Positions 43,728 through 53,075 of a DNA stretch of 64,000 bases are shown here, one piece after another. Each line of letters starts with the position of its first letter. Position 1 is the stretch's first letter. The position numbers and the translations under genes are program-made. Under the pieces are notes generated by a model. It was not told where the DNA came from, searched no databases, and worked only from the letters and a program-made list of their open reading frames with translations. Origin of the DNA: Vicinamibacteria bacterium (GTDB lineage Bacteria > Acidobacteriota > Vicinamibacteria > Marinacidobacterales > Marinacidobacteraceae); the NCBI GenBank assembly GCA_963668695.2, contig CAXXLQ010000004.1, forward strand, positions 736,001 through 800,000, read 5' to 3'.

Positions 43728-43741
43728 TTAACCCATCGCCG

Positions 43742-43779
43742 AAAACAAAAACGGGAGAGCCTCCGGGGAGGCTCTCCCG
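43742..43779 (-). terminator. Intrinsic terminator after TonB receptor 2
   Basis: CGGGAGAGCCTC/GAGGCTCTCCCG hairpin followed by TTTTTGTTTT on minus strand. Confidence 0.85.
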
Positions 43780-43834
43780 CCTAACCGGGTCCCTCCCGGC
43801 GGGTGCGAACACCCGCCGGTTGGGGAAGGTCAGA

Positions 43835-46693
43835 TCAGAACAGGATCTTCGCGGTGAAGCGGATGATCCGCGGAGTGAGTCGCCGCGTCGGGGACAGGTA
43901 GCGCGACCCGAAACTCGTGTTCAAGCTCAGCGCCGGCTGCGTGTTGAAAATGTTCGCCGCATCCACGCCAACCTCGAAGCGAGCCTCGCCGACATTCACC
44001 ATCTTGCGGACGTTGAAGTCCAAGAGCTGGCTGACGGCCTCGGTGCGCTCTTCGCCGCGCTCGTAGGCGTAAATGGATTCGGAACCCTGCACTAGCCCGG
44101 TCGCCCGTGCGGTCGCGACCAGCGGGTTGCCCGCCCGGGCGCGGTAGTTCCAGCCGAGCTGGATGTCCCAGGGAGCCTGATAGCTGCCGGCGAAGTTCAC
44201 GACCCAGGGCAGGTCGGTCAGGATCGAACCGTTCTCGCGGTTGATCAGACGGTTCGGGTTGTTCCAGTCGGTGCCGTCCCGCGGCGGGCTATGCACGACG
44301 CCCTTGTGGCTCGAGAAGGTCGCGCCGCCGAGGATCTGCCAGCGGTTCGAGAGCCGCTTCTGGAGCTGGAAGGCGACCCCGTTGTAGTCGCTCTTCAGGA
44401 TGTCGAGGCTCGTGACGACGCTCTGCTGAAGGCCGCGGTACTCCTCCTTGAGTTCGTAGGCGGTGTACGACGGCTCCGGGCAGTTGTTACACGAGAAGGA
44501 GATCTGGTCGTAGGCGGAAGGAGGACGCGCCTGGTTCAGCCTTCCGAGCGAATCCCGGTGCTGGCGACGGTGGTAGGTCGCGCTGAACGAGACGTCGGTG
44601 CCGAGGGTCATGTCGACACCGAGCGAGATGTCGTCGCTGTAGGGACGGTTCGCGTCGGGGTCATACACGGTGCTCGCGCCACCGGTGAAGCCGGTGAACC
44701 GGGAGAGATCGAGTTCGGGGCTATCCGCGAGAGTGCCCGACGGCCCGATGTCCACCAGCTTGTCGCCGTCGAGGTCGTTCCAACCGACGTTCGCAGAAGA
44801 GCCAGCGTTCGGGTTCGCGCTTCCCGAGAGGGCGCTGCCCGTCTGAGTGTAGTAGCGGCCCCAACCGCCCTTCAGCGCGGCGCGCCCGTCCCCGAACAGG
44901 TCGTAAGCGAAGCTGAGTCGCGGACCGATGTTCATCGGCCAGTCGGGAAGACCGCCGATCTCCGAGGTCACCTCGAAGACGGCGTCGGAGAGTTGCTCCG
45001 AAAGCGCGGCCCAGGTTCCTGCAGGGCTGCTCTGAACTGGGACATAGCCATAAATGCCGTCCAAACGGACGCCGATGTTCAACGTGAGGCGGTTGCCCAT
45101 GGTCCAGGCGTCCTGCGCATAGAACGCCCAGGTGTTCAGCCGCTCGTGAGATGTCTTGGGGGTCCGCGAAATGTTGATCTGATCCGGGACACCGTCTTCC
45201 AGGATGCCGTAGGCGTCGCCACTCTTGAACTGGCGGCTCTCGATGAATTCCCGGGATGCCTGGCCACCAAACTTGAAGTTGTGCGAACCGCTTTCAGTGT
45301 CGAGGAAGTAGGTGAGCGAACCGTTGAACTGGTTCCGGTGGTTGGGGCCCCAGGACTCACCGCGCCGGTCGGCGTTGAACATTTCCTGCCTGACCGGATC
45401 AACCACCGAAATGTCGTTCTCGGTACAGGGGCCGGCATCCGGATACTCGTCCACCGGAATGCCGCAGTACTCCGTGTAGAGGATGTAGGGAGTCACGCCC
45501 ACCATGCGGCCGAAACGGAGGTCGAGAAGCGCCGCGTCGCCGAGCACCCGGTTATAGGAAGCGATGTAGTTGTCGGCCCACTGGTCCTGGTAGCGGGCGA
45601 GTTCGTCCGGCACGGCCCGGTAGGGATTGTCGCGCCGGTGGTAGCGGTCCTTCCAGTTACGCTGGAGCGTTACCGAAAGCCGGTCGTTATCGCTGGCCTG
45701 CATGGTGAACTTCCCGCTCAGGTTGCGGATCCGGTTGTCGTCAATCGGCTGCGGCCCGACATAGTCGGCGGGAACGCTGACCTCCTGTTCGTGGACCCAG
45801 TCGCGGTAAGCGGTGAAGAACCACACCTTGTCGCGGACGATGGGCCCGCCGAGGGTTCCGTTGAGGTCGATGGCCTTCGTGATCGGGTTGGCGCCTGGTT
45901 CCTGGGCCTCGCCTTGAAGGCTCGTGGCGTTGTAGAGCGCGATCGCATCGCCCGAGAACTCGTTTCCGCCCGTCTTCACCACCATGTTCATCAGCACGCC
46001 GCCGGTGTCGGATTCCGCCGTATGGGTCGAGGTCTGGAAGTTGAACTCCTCATACATCGAGAAGCCGTAGTACTGCATCGTCCAGCCGCCATCGCCGCCG
46101 GGCCAATTCACCTTGAGCCCATCCACCTGGAAGCTCTGCATGCTCGCGGAGGAGCCGAAGATCTCCATGCTGTACTGCTGCATGCCGTTGCTGCCGCCAA
46201 CATCCAGTTGGCCGGTCACCATGCCCGGAGCGAGTCCAGCCATGACCCACGGGTTCCGCCCGGTGGGGACCGCTTCGAGGAGTTCCCGCTCGATGTTCGT
46301 CTGCACGGTGGCGCTACGGACATCCACGACGGGGGCATCGCCGGTGACCGTCACGGTCTCTTCGACCCCTGAGATCCCCATGGACGCGTTCACCTGGAGA
46401 GTTCGGGCGACACTCACCCGGACACCTTCCTGGACGAGGGTCTGGAAGCCCGAGAGGGCAAAGCTGACGGTGTATGCGCCAGGCGGGAGGGCCGGATGGC
46501 TGTACGAGCCGCCCGCACCGGTGGTGGTGCTGCGGGGCGTGATCAGCGCGGCGCTCTCGACGGTAACCGTCACGCCGGGGAGCACTGCCCCCTGTTCATC
46601 GGTCGCCGTCCCGGTAATCGTCCCGGCCTGCTGGGCAAACGCCGGGGCGACCGCAAGCAGCGCGAGCGCGACCAGAATTGCGGTCTTACGCAT
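43835..46693 (-). CDS. Oar-like TonB-dependent receptor 2
   Basis: Signal peptide, G.I.G...D..GAVLPGV.VT carboxypeptidase-regulatory domain, plug, beta-barrel ending in F. Confidence 0.92.
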   Translation of the reverse strand: MRKTAILVALALLAVAPAFAQQAGTITGTATDEQGAVLPGVTVTVESAALITPRSTTTGAGGSYSHPALPPGAYTVSFALSGFQTLVQEGVRVSVARTLQVNASMGISGVEETVTVTGDAPVVDVRSATVQTNIERELLEAVPTGRNPWVMAGLAPGMVTGQLDVGGSNGMQQYSMEIFGSSASMQSFQVDGLKVNWPGGDGGWTMQYYGFSMYEEFNFQTSTHTAESDTGGVLMNMVVKTGGNEFSGDAIALYNATSLQGEAQEPGANPITKAIDLNGTLGGPIVRDKVWFFTAYRDWVHEQEVSVPADYVGPQPIDDNRIRNLSGKFTMQASDNDRLSVTLQRNWKDRYHRRDNPYRAVPDELARYQDQWADNYIASYNRVLGDAALLDLRFGRMVGVTPYILYTEYCGIPVDEYPDAGPCTENDISVVDPVRQEMFNADRRGESWGPNHRNQFNGSLTYFLDTESGSHNFKFGGQASREFIESRQFKSGDAYGILEDGVPDQINISRTPKTSHERLNTWAFYAQDAWTMGNRLTLNIGVRLDGIYGYVPVQSSPAGTWAALSEQLSDAVFEVTSEIGGLPDWPMNIGPRLSFAYDLFGDGRAALKGGWGRYYTQTGSALSGSANPNAGSSANVGWNDLDGDKLVDIGPSGTLADSPELDLSRFTGFTGGASTVYDPDANRPYSDDISLGVDMTLGTDVSFSATYHRRQHRDSLGRLNQARPPSAYDQISFSCNNCPEPSYTAYELKEEYRGLQQSVVTSLDILKSDYNGVAFQLQKRLSNRWQILGGATFSSHKGVVHSPPRDGTDWNNPNRLINRENGSILTDLPWVVNFAGSYQAPWDIQLGWNYRARAGNPLVATARATGLVQGSESIYAYERGEERTEAVSQLLDFNVRKMVNVGEARFEVGVDAANIFNTQPALSLNTSFGSRYLSPTRRLTPRIIRFTAKILF

Positions 46694-46941
46694 GGAGAAT
46701 CTCCTCACGAGGCGGAATCTGAAAACCGGGACCGGGCAGCAATAGGTCGCTGCACCGGGCAGAATGCACGGTATTCGAATGCCGCCGCCCCGTGAGGGCA
46801 CACTCGATTCGCGCAGTTGGCCGGAAAACGGTAGAAAACAAGGTCGGACACGATATCACGCAAGAGCCATTCCCTGCCATCAGTCTGATCGGGACACATC
46901 GAACGGACGGGTAACGATTTGTCTTTCAATGACTTATGAGA
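46694..46941 (-). promoter_or_regulatory. Conserved promoter and structured 5' leader of TonB receptor 2
   Basis: Sequence blocks shared with 51368-51587, including anti-SD CCTCACGGGGC and TGGCAG-18bp-TAT block. Confidence 0.6.
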
Positions 46942-48282
46942 TCGCTGGCCAGAGCTCCCGGTGAACGCCGGTTCGGATTTCCGGTTTTTCGAACGAGAAG
47001 TCCAAGAAGTCGTAGTTTTTTGGGCCTCGCAGCCGCTTTCTTCGGCGCGGCGCTCTTCGTACCGAGGCCGGCGCCAGGGCAGCCAGCGATCGAGGCGCGA
47101 CAGCGCCTGGCGGAGGGACGGTCCTTCGAAGTCCTGGATTCGCTCGTCGCCACCCTGGAGGCCGAGCCGGAATCGGCCGAGGGTCAGCAGTTGTTATGGA
47201 CGCTCGCCCGTGGCGCGACGCCCAGTCCGGCACTCATGTCCGCACTCGTCGCCAGGGCGGGGCGGCTCGGGCCCGACGGTTGGCTGGCAGCCGGGGTGCT
47301 TCTCCGGCGCGGCCTCCGCCCGCTGGATGCGCTGGAGGCGTTCGACCGGGGTGCGAGTGCTCGCCCCCCCGGGGATCCATTGGCAGACATCGAGGCGGGC
47401 CGACTGCTGGCCGAGCTGCGGTCCGACGAACTCGCCCTGGCCCGGTTCGGACGCCACCCCGAGGACCCGGCGGCGATGTACGGCCGGGCCGTGATCCTGG
47501 CCCGGACCAAACGTACCGGCGAAGCAACCGCGCTGACCGACGCCCTTTTGCGCGCGGACCCGGACAATCCGGCCGCCCTTCTGCTGCGGGCCGAATTGCT
47601 TGACAGCGTGGGTCGAGGGAGCGAGACGTTGGGGATGCTTCGCCGGCTCGCGGCGGAGACCGGCCCCACCGGACCCGCCGCCTCGCGGTTGGCCCGGATT
47701 CTGGTAAAGCTCGGGCAGTCCGAGGAGGCGCTGCCGCACCTGGAAGCGATCCTCGCGGCTACCCCCCAAAATGCCGAGGCCTGGCTCGCACTGGCCCGGA
47801 CGCACCAGGACGCCGGACGGCGCGAGGAAGCTGCCGAAGCTTTCCGCCGGGCGCTGGCGGCGGACGACGCGCTCAACACGGCGCGCTTCGGCCTCGCCCA
47901 GCTACTGGTCCGGACTGGGGGACGGGAAGAAGCGAATCGGCTGTTCGCCGAGTTCGAGCGCCGAAAGGCGATGGACGACGAGGCCGCGCGGCTGCTCGGC
48001 GAAGCCGAGTTGCGGCCCGACGATTTCACCGCGGTGGCCGCGTTCGTGAACCACGCTGTCAGGAACGGTGACCTCGTGCTGGCTCTGCGGGCCGCCCAGC
48101 GGTTCCTGATCGAGTTCCCGGAGGACCCGGAGCGTCATCTGCTGGTGGCCCGGGTGTTCCGGGAGGGAGGCAGCCGCGCGAATGCGGAACGGGTGCTCCG
48201 GCGGGGGTTGGAGCGGTTCGCGGGGGATGAGGAAGCGGAGCGGCGGTTCGAGGCCGGGCTGCGGGCGATCGGGGTTCGGTAG
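46936..48282 (+). CDS. Secreted tetratricopeptide repeat protein (start uncertain, may lie further downstream)
   Basis: Multiple TPR motifs (P.NAEAWLALA, ARFGLAQLL.R.G..EEA). Confidence 0.85.
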   Translation: MRSLARAPGERRFGFPVFRTRSPRSRSFLGLAAAFFGAALFVPRPAPGQPAIEARQRLAEGRSFEVLDSLVATLEAEPESAEGQQLLWTLARGATPSPALMSALVARAGRLGPDGWLAAGVLLRRGLRPLDALEAFDRGASARPPGDPLADIEAGRLLAELRSDELALARFGRHPEDPAAMYGRAVILARTKRTGEATALTDALLRADPDNPAALLLRAELLDSVGRGSETLGMLRRLAAETGPTGPAASRLARILVKLGQSEEALPHLEAILAATPQNAEAWLALARTHQDAGRREEAAEAFRRALAADDALNTARFGLAQLLVRTGGREEANRLFAEFERRKAMDDEAARLLGEAELRPDDFTAVAAFVNHAVRNGDLVLALRAAQRFLIEFPEDPERHLLVARVFREGGSRANAERVLRRGLERFAGDEEAERRFEAGLRAIGVR

Positions 48283-48496
48283 CTGGTCTCACACACCGCG
48301 TGTCAGTTGACGCCTGGATGTCCGGGGTTCGGGGAGGAATCGGAACAGTTGGCGCCTTCTCCCGGTCCGCGCCTCACGCAGGGGAATTCCGGCGGGGGTC
48401 CGAATCTGGCGTTCCCACTCTCTGGGGAGGCTGTCCGGTTGTGGCGACGTCCCAGCCGGCGGGCGCTGGAGCGCCTGCCGGCTGGGAGGCGGATGA

Positions 48497-51367
48497 TCAG
48501 AACATCAGCTTTGCCGACAACCGCACGACGCGGGGGTTCAGGCGGCGGGTCGCCGAAAGGAACCGAGAGCCCAGGGTGGAGTTCACCGCGCGGGCCGGCT
48601 GGCTGTTGAACAGGTTGGCGCCATCCACGCTGAGTTCCATGCGGGACCCGCCGAGATCGAAAGTCTTCGCGAGGCTCAGGTCGAGGAGCTTGGTCACCGA
48701 CTCGGTCCGGTTCGTCCCCCGCTCCTCGGCGTAGATGGTCTGGGTGCCCTGGACGAGCCCTCGGTAACGCACGGAGGGAACGATCGGATCGCCTGCCCGC
48801 GCCCGGTAGTTCCAGGCGAGCTGGATGTCACGCGGGAACAGGTAGCTGCCCGCCAAGTTGACGACCCACGGGACATCGGAGAAGACCGAACCGTTCAGAC
48901 GATTCGTGTGCGAATTCGGGTTGTTCCAGTCGAGGTTGCGGGTGTACGGAGTGTCGTGCACGGTGCCCTTGTGGCTCGACACCGTGAGGCCGCCGAGCAT
49001 CTGCCAGCGGTTCGAAAACCGTTTCTGCAACTGGAAAGCGGCGCCGTTGTAGGTGCTCCTCTGAATGTCCACGGTGGTGATCACGGTCTCCTGGAGGCCC
49101 CGGTAATCCTCCTTCAGCACATAGACGGGATAACTGGACTGCGGGCTGCCGGCGGGCGCCTCCATCGTGACCTGGTCGTAGGCGGAAGGCGGGCGCGCCT
49201 CATTTCGTTCGCCGAGCGCGTCCCGATGCAGCCGGCGATGGAAGGTGGCGCTGAACGAGACATCCCGTCCGAGCGTCATATCCAGACCGATCGAGGCATC
49301 GTCGCTATACGGGCGGTTCGCATTCCGGTCGTACACCGTGGAAGCGCCGCCGGTGAAACCTTCGAACCGGCTCAGGTCGAGTTCGGGACTGTCGAGCAGC
49401 GTGCCGGAGGGCCCGATATCAACCAGCTTGTCCCCGTCCAGATCGTTCCAGCCCACCCAGGCGCCCGAACTGCCGTTCGGATTGGCGGCATCGGAAAGCC
49501 GCGTGCCGATCTGCGTGTAGTAGCGGCCCCAGCCTCCCTTGAGCGCGGCGCGTCCGTCACCGAAGAGGTCGTAGGCGATGCTCAACCGCGGCCCGATGTT
49601 CATCGGCCAGTCCGGGACTCCCCGGATCTCGGAATCCACCGCAAAGATGTCCATTCCGCCGCTCAACTGGCGGGAGAGCGCTCCCCAGGTTCCGTCCGGG
49701 CTGCTCTGCACCGGCACATAGCCGTGGATGCCGTCGAGGCGGATGCCGAAGTTCAGCGTCAGACGGTTGCCGATGGTCCAGGCGTCCTGCGCGTAGGCGG
49801 CCCAGGTATTGGTGCGCGTGGCCTCGGTTCGCGGAAGCTTGTTGATCCGGATCCGGTTGGGAACGCCGTCGTCGAGTTCGCCGTAGGCATCGCCGCTCTG
49901 GAAGACCTGTCGGTCCATGCCTTCGCGGGACGCCTGCGCGCCGACCTTGATGTTGTGGGAGCCGCCGGCGGTGTCGCGGAAGTAGGTCAGCGAGCCGTCG
50001 AACTGGTTCCGGTAGTTCGGGTTCCAGTACTCACCCCGCCGGTCGGCATTGAACTGGTCCAGCCGGACGGGATCAATCACCGAAATATCGTTCTCGGTGC
50101 ACGGCCCGGCGTCCGGATACTGCTCCACGGGAGTCCCGCAATACTCGGTGTAGAGGATGTAGGGGGTCGTGCCCCACATGCGGCCGAAGCGGACATCGAA
50201 AAGCGCCGCGTCTCCGAGCACCCGGTTGTAGCTTGCCACGAAGTTGTTCGCGGCCTGATCCTGGAACCGCGCCTGCTCGTCGGGAACCGCGGTGTACGGG
50301 TTGTCGCGGCGATGGAACCGCTGTTTCCAGTTGCGCTGCGCCATGATGGCCAGCCGGTCGTTGTCGGACGCCTGCCAGGTGATCTTGCCCATCAGGTTGC
50401 GGATGCGGTTGTCGTCGAGCGGGACGGCGCCTTCGAAATCCTCGGGAGTGCCGATGAACTGGTCGTGGATCCAGTGCCGATAGGCCCCGAAGAACCAGGC
50501 TTTTTCACGGACCACCGGACCGCCCAGGGTGCCGTTGATGTCAATGCTCCTCTTGATCGGGTTCGCGCCCTGCTCTGCGGCCTCGCCCTGCAGCGACTCG
50601 TTGGAGTAGAGACCCACGACATCGCCGCTGAATTCATTGCCACCCGACTTGGTGACCATGTTCATGTACACGCCGGCGACATCGGATTCGGCGGAGTGCG
50701 TCGAGGTCTGGAAGTTGAACTCCTCGTACATGGCGAAGCCGTAGTACTGCATGGTGGAACCGCCGTGGCCGCCCGGCCAGTTCACCTTCAGTCCGTCCAC
50801 CCGAAAACTCTTCTGCGACGGCGCGGAGCCGAAGATTTCCAGGTTGTACTGCTGCATCCCGTTGCTGCCGCCCACATCGAGCCGGCTGGTTACCATGCCC
50901 GGAACCATTCCGGCCATGACCCACGGATTGCGGCCGGTGGGGACCGCCTCCAGGAGTTCCCGTTCGATGTTCGTGGAGATGGTCGCGCTCCGGACATCCA
51001 CCACCGGCGCGTCGCCGGTCACGGTGATCGTCTCCTCGACGCCTGAGATGCCCAGGGTGCCGTTCACGGTCAGGGTTCGGGCCACCGTGACCCGGACGCC
51101 TTCTTGTACGACCGTCTGGAACCCGGAGAGCGCGAAGGTGACCGAGTAGTCGCCCGGGGGCAGGTTTGTGAAGTTGTAGGCGCCGCCGGGGCCGGTCACC
51201 GCGGTGCGGGCGGTGATCAGCGCCGGGCTTTCGACGGTGACGCCGACGCCGGGGAGCACCGCTCCCTGCTGGTCGAACGCCGAACCGCCGATGGTGCCGG
51301 TCTGCTGGGGAAACGCCGGAGCGGCCGCGAGCAACGCGACGGCCACCAGAAGTGCGGTCTTGCGCAT
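48497..51367 (-). CDS. Oar-like TonB-dependent receptor 3, close paralogue of receptor 2
   Basis: Same architecture; long identical stretches with 43835-46693 (e.g. NIERELLEAVPTGRNPWVMAG, YPDAGPCTENDISV). Confidence 0.92.
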   Translation of the reverse strand: MRKTALLVAVALLAAAPAFPQQTGTIGGSAFDQQGAVLPGVGVTVESPALITARTAVTGPGGAYNFTNLPPGDYSVTFALSGFQTVVQEGVRVTVARTLTVNGTLGISGVEETITVTGDAPVVDVRSATISTNIERELLEAVPTGRNPWVMAGMVPGMVTSRLDVGGSNGMQQYNLEIFGSAPSQKSFRVDGLKVNWPGGHGGSTMQYYGFAMYEEFNFQTSTHSAESDVAGVYMNMVTKSGGNEFSGDVVGLYSNESLQGEAAEQGANPIKRSIDINGTLGGPVVREKAWFFGAYRHWIHDQFIGTPEDFEGAVPLDDNRIRNLMGKITWQASDNDRLAIMAQRNWKQRFHRRDNPYTAVPDEQARFQDQAANNFVASYNRVLGDAALFDVRFGRMWGTTPYILYTEYCGTPVEQYPDAGPCTENDISVIDPVRLDQFNADRRGEYWNPNYRNQFDGSLTYFRDTAGGSHNIKVGAQASREGMDRQVFQSGDAYGELDDGVPNRIRINKLPRTEATRTNTWAAYAQDAWTIGNRLTLNFGIRLDGIHGYVPVQSSPDGTWGALSRQLSGGMDIFAVDSEIRGVPDWPMNIGPRLSIAYDLFGDGRAALKGGWGRYYTQIGTRLSDAANPNGSSGAWVGWNDLDGDKLVDIGPSGTLLDSPELDLSRFEGFTGGASTVYDRNANRPYSDDASIGLDMTLGRDVSFSATFHRRLHRDALGERNEARPPSAYDQVTMEAPAGSPQSSYPVYVLKEDYRGLQETVITTVDIQRSTYNGAAFQLQKRFSNRWQMLGGLTVSSHKGTVHDTPYTRNLDWNNPNSHTNRLNGSVFSDVPWVVNLAGSYLFPRDIQLAWNYRARAGDPIVPSVRYRGLVQGTQTIYAEERGTNRTESVTKLLDLSLAKTFDLGGSRMELSVDGANLFNSQPARAVNSTLGSRFLSATRRLNPRVVRLSAKLMF

Positions 51368-51587
51368 GTGAAGAATCTCCTCACGAGGCTACTTCGGGAA
51401 CCGATGCCGGAGCGGTCCTCGCCGCACCGGAAGAGAATGCGCGATGACCGAGCGCCGCCGCCCCGTGAGGGCGCGTCCGGGGCGCGCAATCAGTGCGGTA
51501 TATCACAAGAGGGGCATACTCTGCCAGTACGGGAATGCAACGACCCCACATGTCACATAGAGGGTTATGTTTCAACGAGTGATGAGA
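51368..51587 (-). promoter_or_regulatory. Conserved promoter and structured 5' leader of TonB receptor 3
   Basis: Blocks homologous to 46694-46941. Confidence 0.6.
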
Positions 51588-51824
51588 CACGGACACCGGG
51601 GCGCGCGCGACCTGTTCCTGGAAGGGATGTAGACCCGGCGCCGGATGCTCTCTTGAGTGACGCCATGCCGTCTTTTCGGGGGGTGTGCCGGTCCGGAGAC
51701 CGATGTTCCTCCTGGTCCGCCGGCGGGCCCCGGCCGGGAGAACTCTCCCCACCGTGGGGACTGTGGTGAAGTCGATCAGAGGTGGGCGGTCCCTGCCCGC
51801 AGCGCCAGTAGAAAGAGGCTCGGC

Positions 51825-52098
51825 CTACGCCGAGGCTCCGAACACGGCGCGGTGCAGCTCGGCATTGAGCCGCGTCTGCCAACCCGGGCCGCGGCTTCGG
51901 AAGTGATCCACTACATCCGCATCGAGCCGGATCGTCATCTGTCGCTTGGTGGGCGCCTTGCTTGCCGCGCGTACGGCGCCACCGCGTCACGAATCCGGGG
52001 AGAGCTTCGCTCGCTGGGCGCGTCCGCCGGCTCTCGGAGGCAGTAACCTCGGGAGCGTCGGGATCGGCCGCGATTCCCGCGTTGATCGCCACCTCCTC
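51825..52098 (-). pseudogene. Frameshifted BrnA-family antitoxin remnant
   Basis: EEVAINAGIAADPDAPE...RPASEALP...RRTRGKQ, frameshift near 51958, then KAPTKRQMTIRLDADVVDHFRSRGPGWQTRLNAELHRAV. Confidence 0.85.
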
Positions 52099-52259
52099 GC
52101 CTTACTTCGCGGCGAGTTCAGCGAACGTCCGGCCAGTTGAATCGCGGCGCTGTGAATCCGCCGGCATGGTTCCCGGGTGGGCCGTCGGGCCTTCGGCAAT
52201 CTCTGGCGTCCCGTCGCCCGCCGAAGTACGACCTCCGAAGAGCCGGCCCGGCTCTTTCT

Positions 52260-52640
52260 TTAGTGCGGCTTCCGCGCCGCGAACCGGGTTGGCACTGTTG
52301 GGGCCCCGGCGGGGTCCGGGACCGCGGCGTCACCGACATCGTCGGCGTCGGGGGCGCGGCCCATCAGGATGTTCTCGATCCGAACGAAACGATTCTCGAT
52401 CCGAACGAAACGATTCTCGATCTGGGCGAAGCGGTTATCGATCTGGGCGAAGCGGTTATCCATGCGGTTTTCGATCTGGACGAAGCGGCTGTTCATTTCG
52501 GTCTGCATGTTGTCCACCCGCGAGACGAGGGCGCTCACCGTCCCGGTCAACTCACCGACGTCGGCGATCCCCTTGGTGAGCAGGCCAAGCACGAAGACAA
52601 GGAGAACGGCACCGCCAATCCTTGTCCAAATGGTGAGCAT
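52260..52640 (-). CDS. Small membrane-anchored coiled-coil heptad-repeat protein
   Basis: N-terminal TM helix, then (NRFAQID/NRFVRIE)n encoded by 21-bp tandem repeats at about 52372-52490. Confidence 0.75.
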   Translation of the reverse strand: MLTIWTRIGGAVLLVFVLGLLTKGIADVGELTGTVSALVSRVDNMQTEMNSRFVQIENRMDNRFAQIDNRFAQIENRFVRIENRFVRIENILMGRAPDADDVGDAAVPDPAGAPTVPTRFAARKPH

Positions 52641-52718
52641 CTTTACCCTCCCGGCCGACCAAACACGGGAGAAATCCTCCCGTATGCGGCGGCTTTTGGC
52701 GCACTCCACGCGGGTCGG

Positions 52719-53074
52719 CGATGCGCGGTTTTCGCCCCGCTGCGCGCGGCGGTGCCGATCGGAGGTCGGCGTTCCAAGCCGTCCCCGCGCTTCTTCGCGG
52801 TCAGCGATGCGCGGTTTCGCCCCCTCCGGGGGCGGTGCCGACCGGAGGTCTATACCTTTCCGCACACCACTTTTCTGGGCCCTCCGGTGTAAGAGGCACC
52901 GAAGGGCCGGCGTTCCAAGCCGTCTCCGCGCTTCTTCGCGGTCAGCGGTACACGGTTTCGCCCCCTCTGGGGGCGGTGCCGGTCTGAAGACCGGCGTTCC
53001 CATGCCTGCGGAACCATGCCGCCCAGCGGCTTTCCGGCCTGAACTCCCGCCGGGAGGACTGGCCGGCGTTCCCC
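52719..53074. repeat. BIME-like cluster of REP-type hairpins with a duplicated unit
   Basis: Repeated CGGCGTTCCAAGCCGTC.CCGCGCTTCTTCGCGGTCAGCG and TGCCGGTCTGAAGACCGGCGTTCCC-like palindromes. Confidence 0.8.
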
Positions 53075-53075
53075 C

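Noticed and set aside
46860-46880. Sigma54 promoter at TGGCAG upstream of receptors 2 and 3
   Set aside because: GG-to-GC spacing is 9 and 8 nt, not the required 10.
44291-51046. Long antisense ORFs (44291..46372, 48908..51046, also 59180..61099 and 13939..15996)
   Set aside because: Typical stop-poor shadow frames of high-GC genes with no recognisable motifs.
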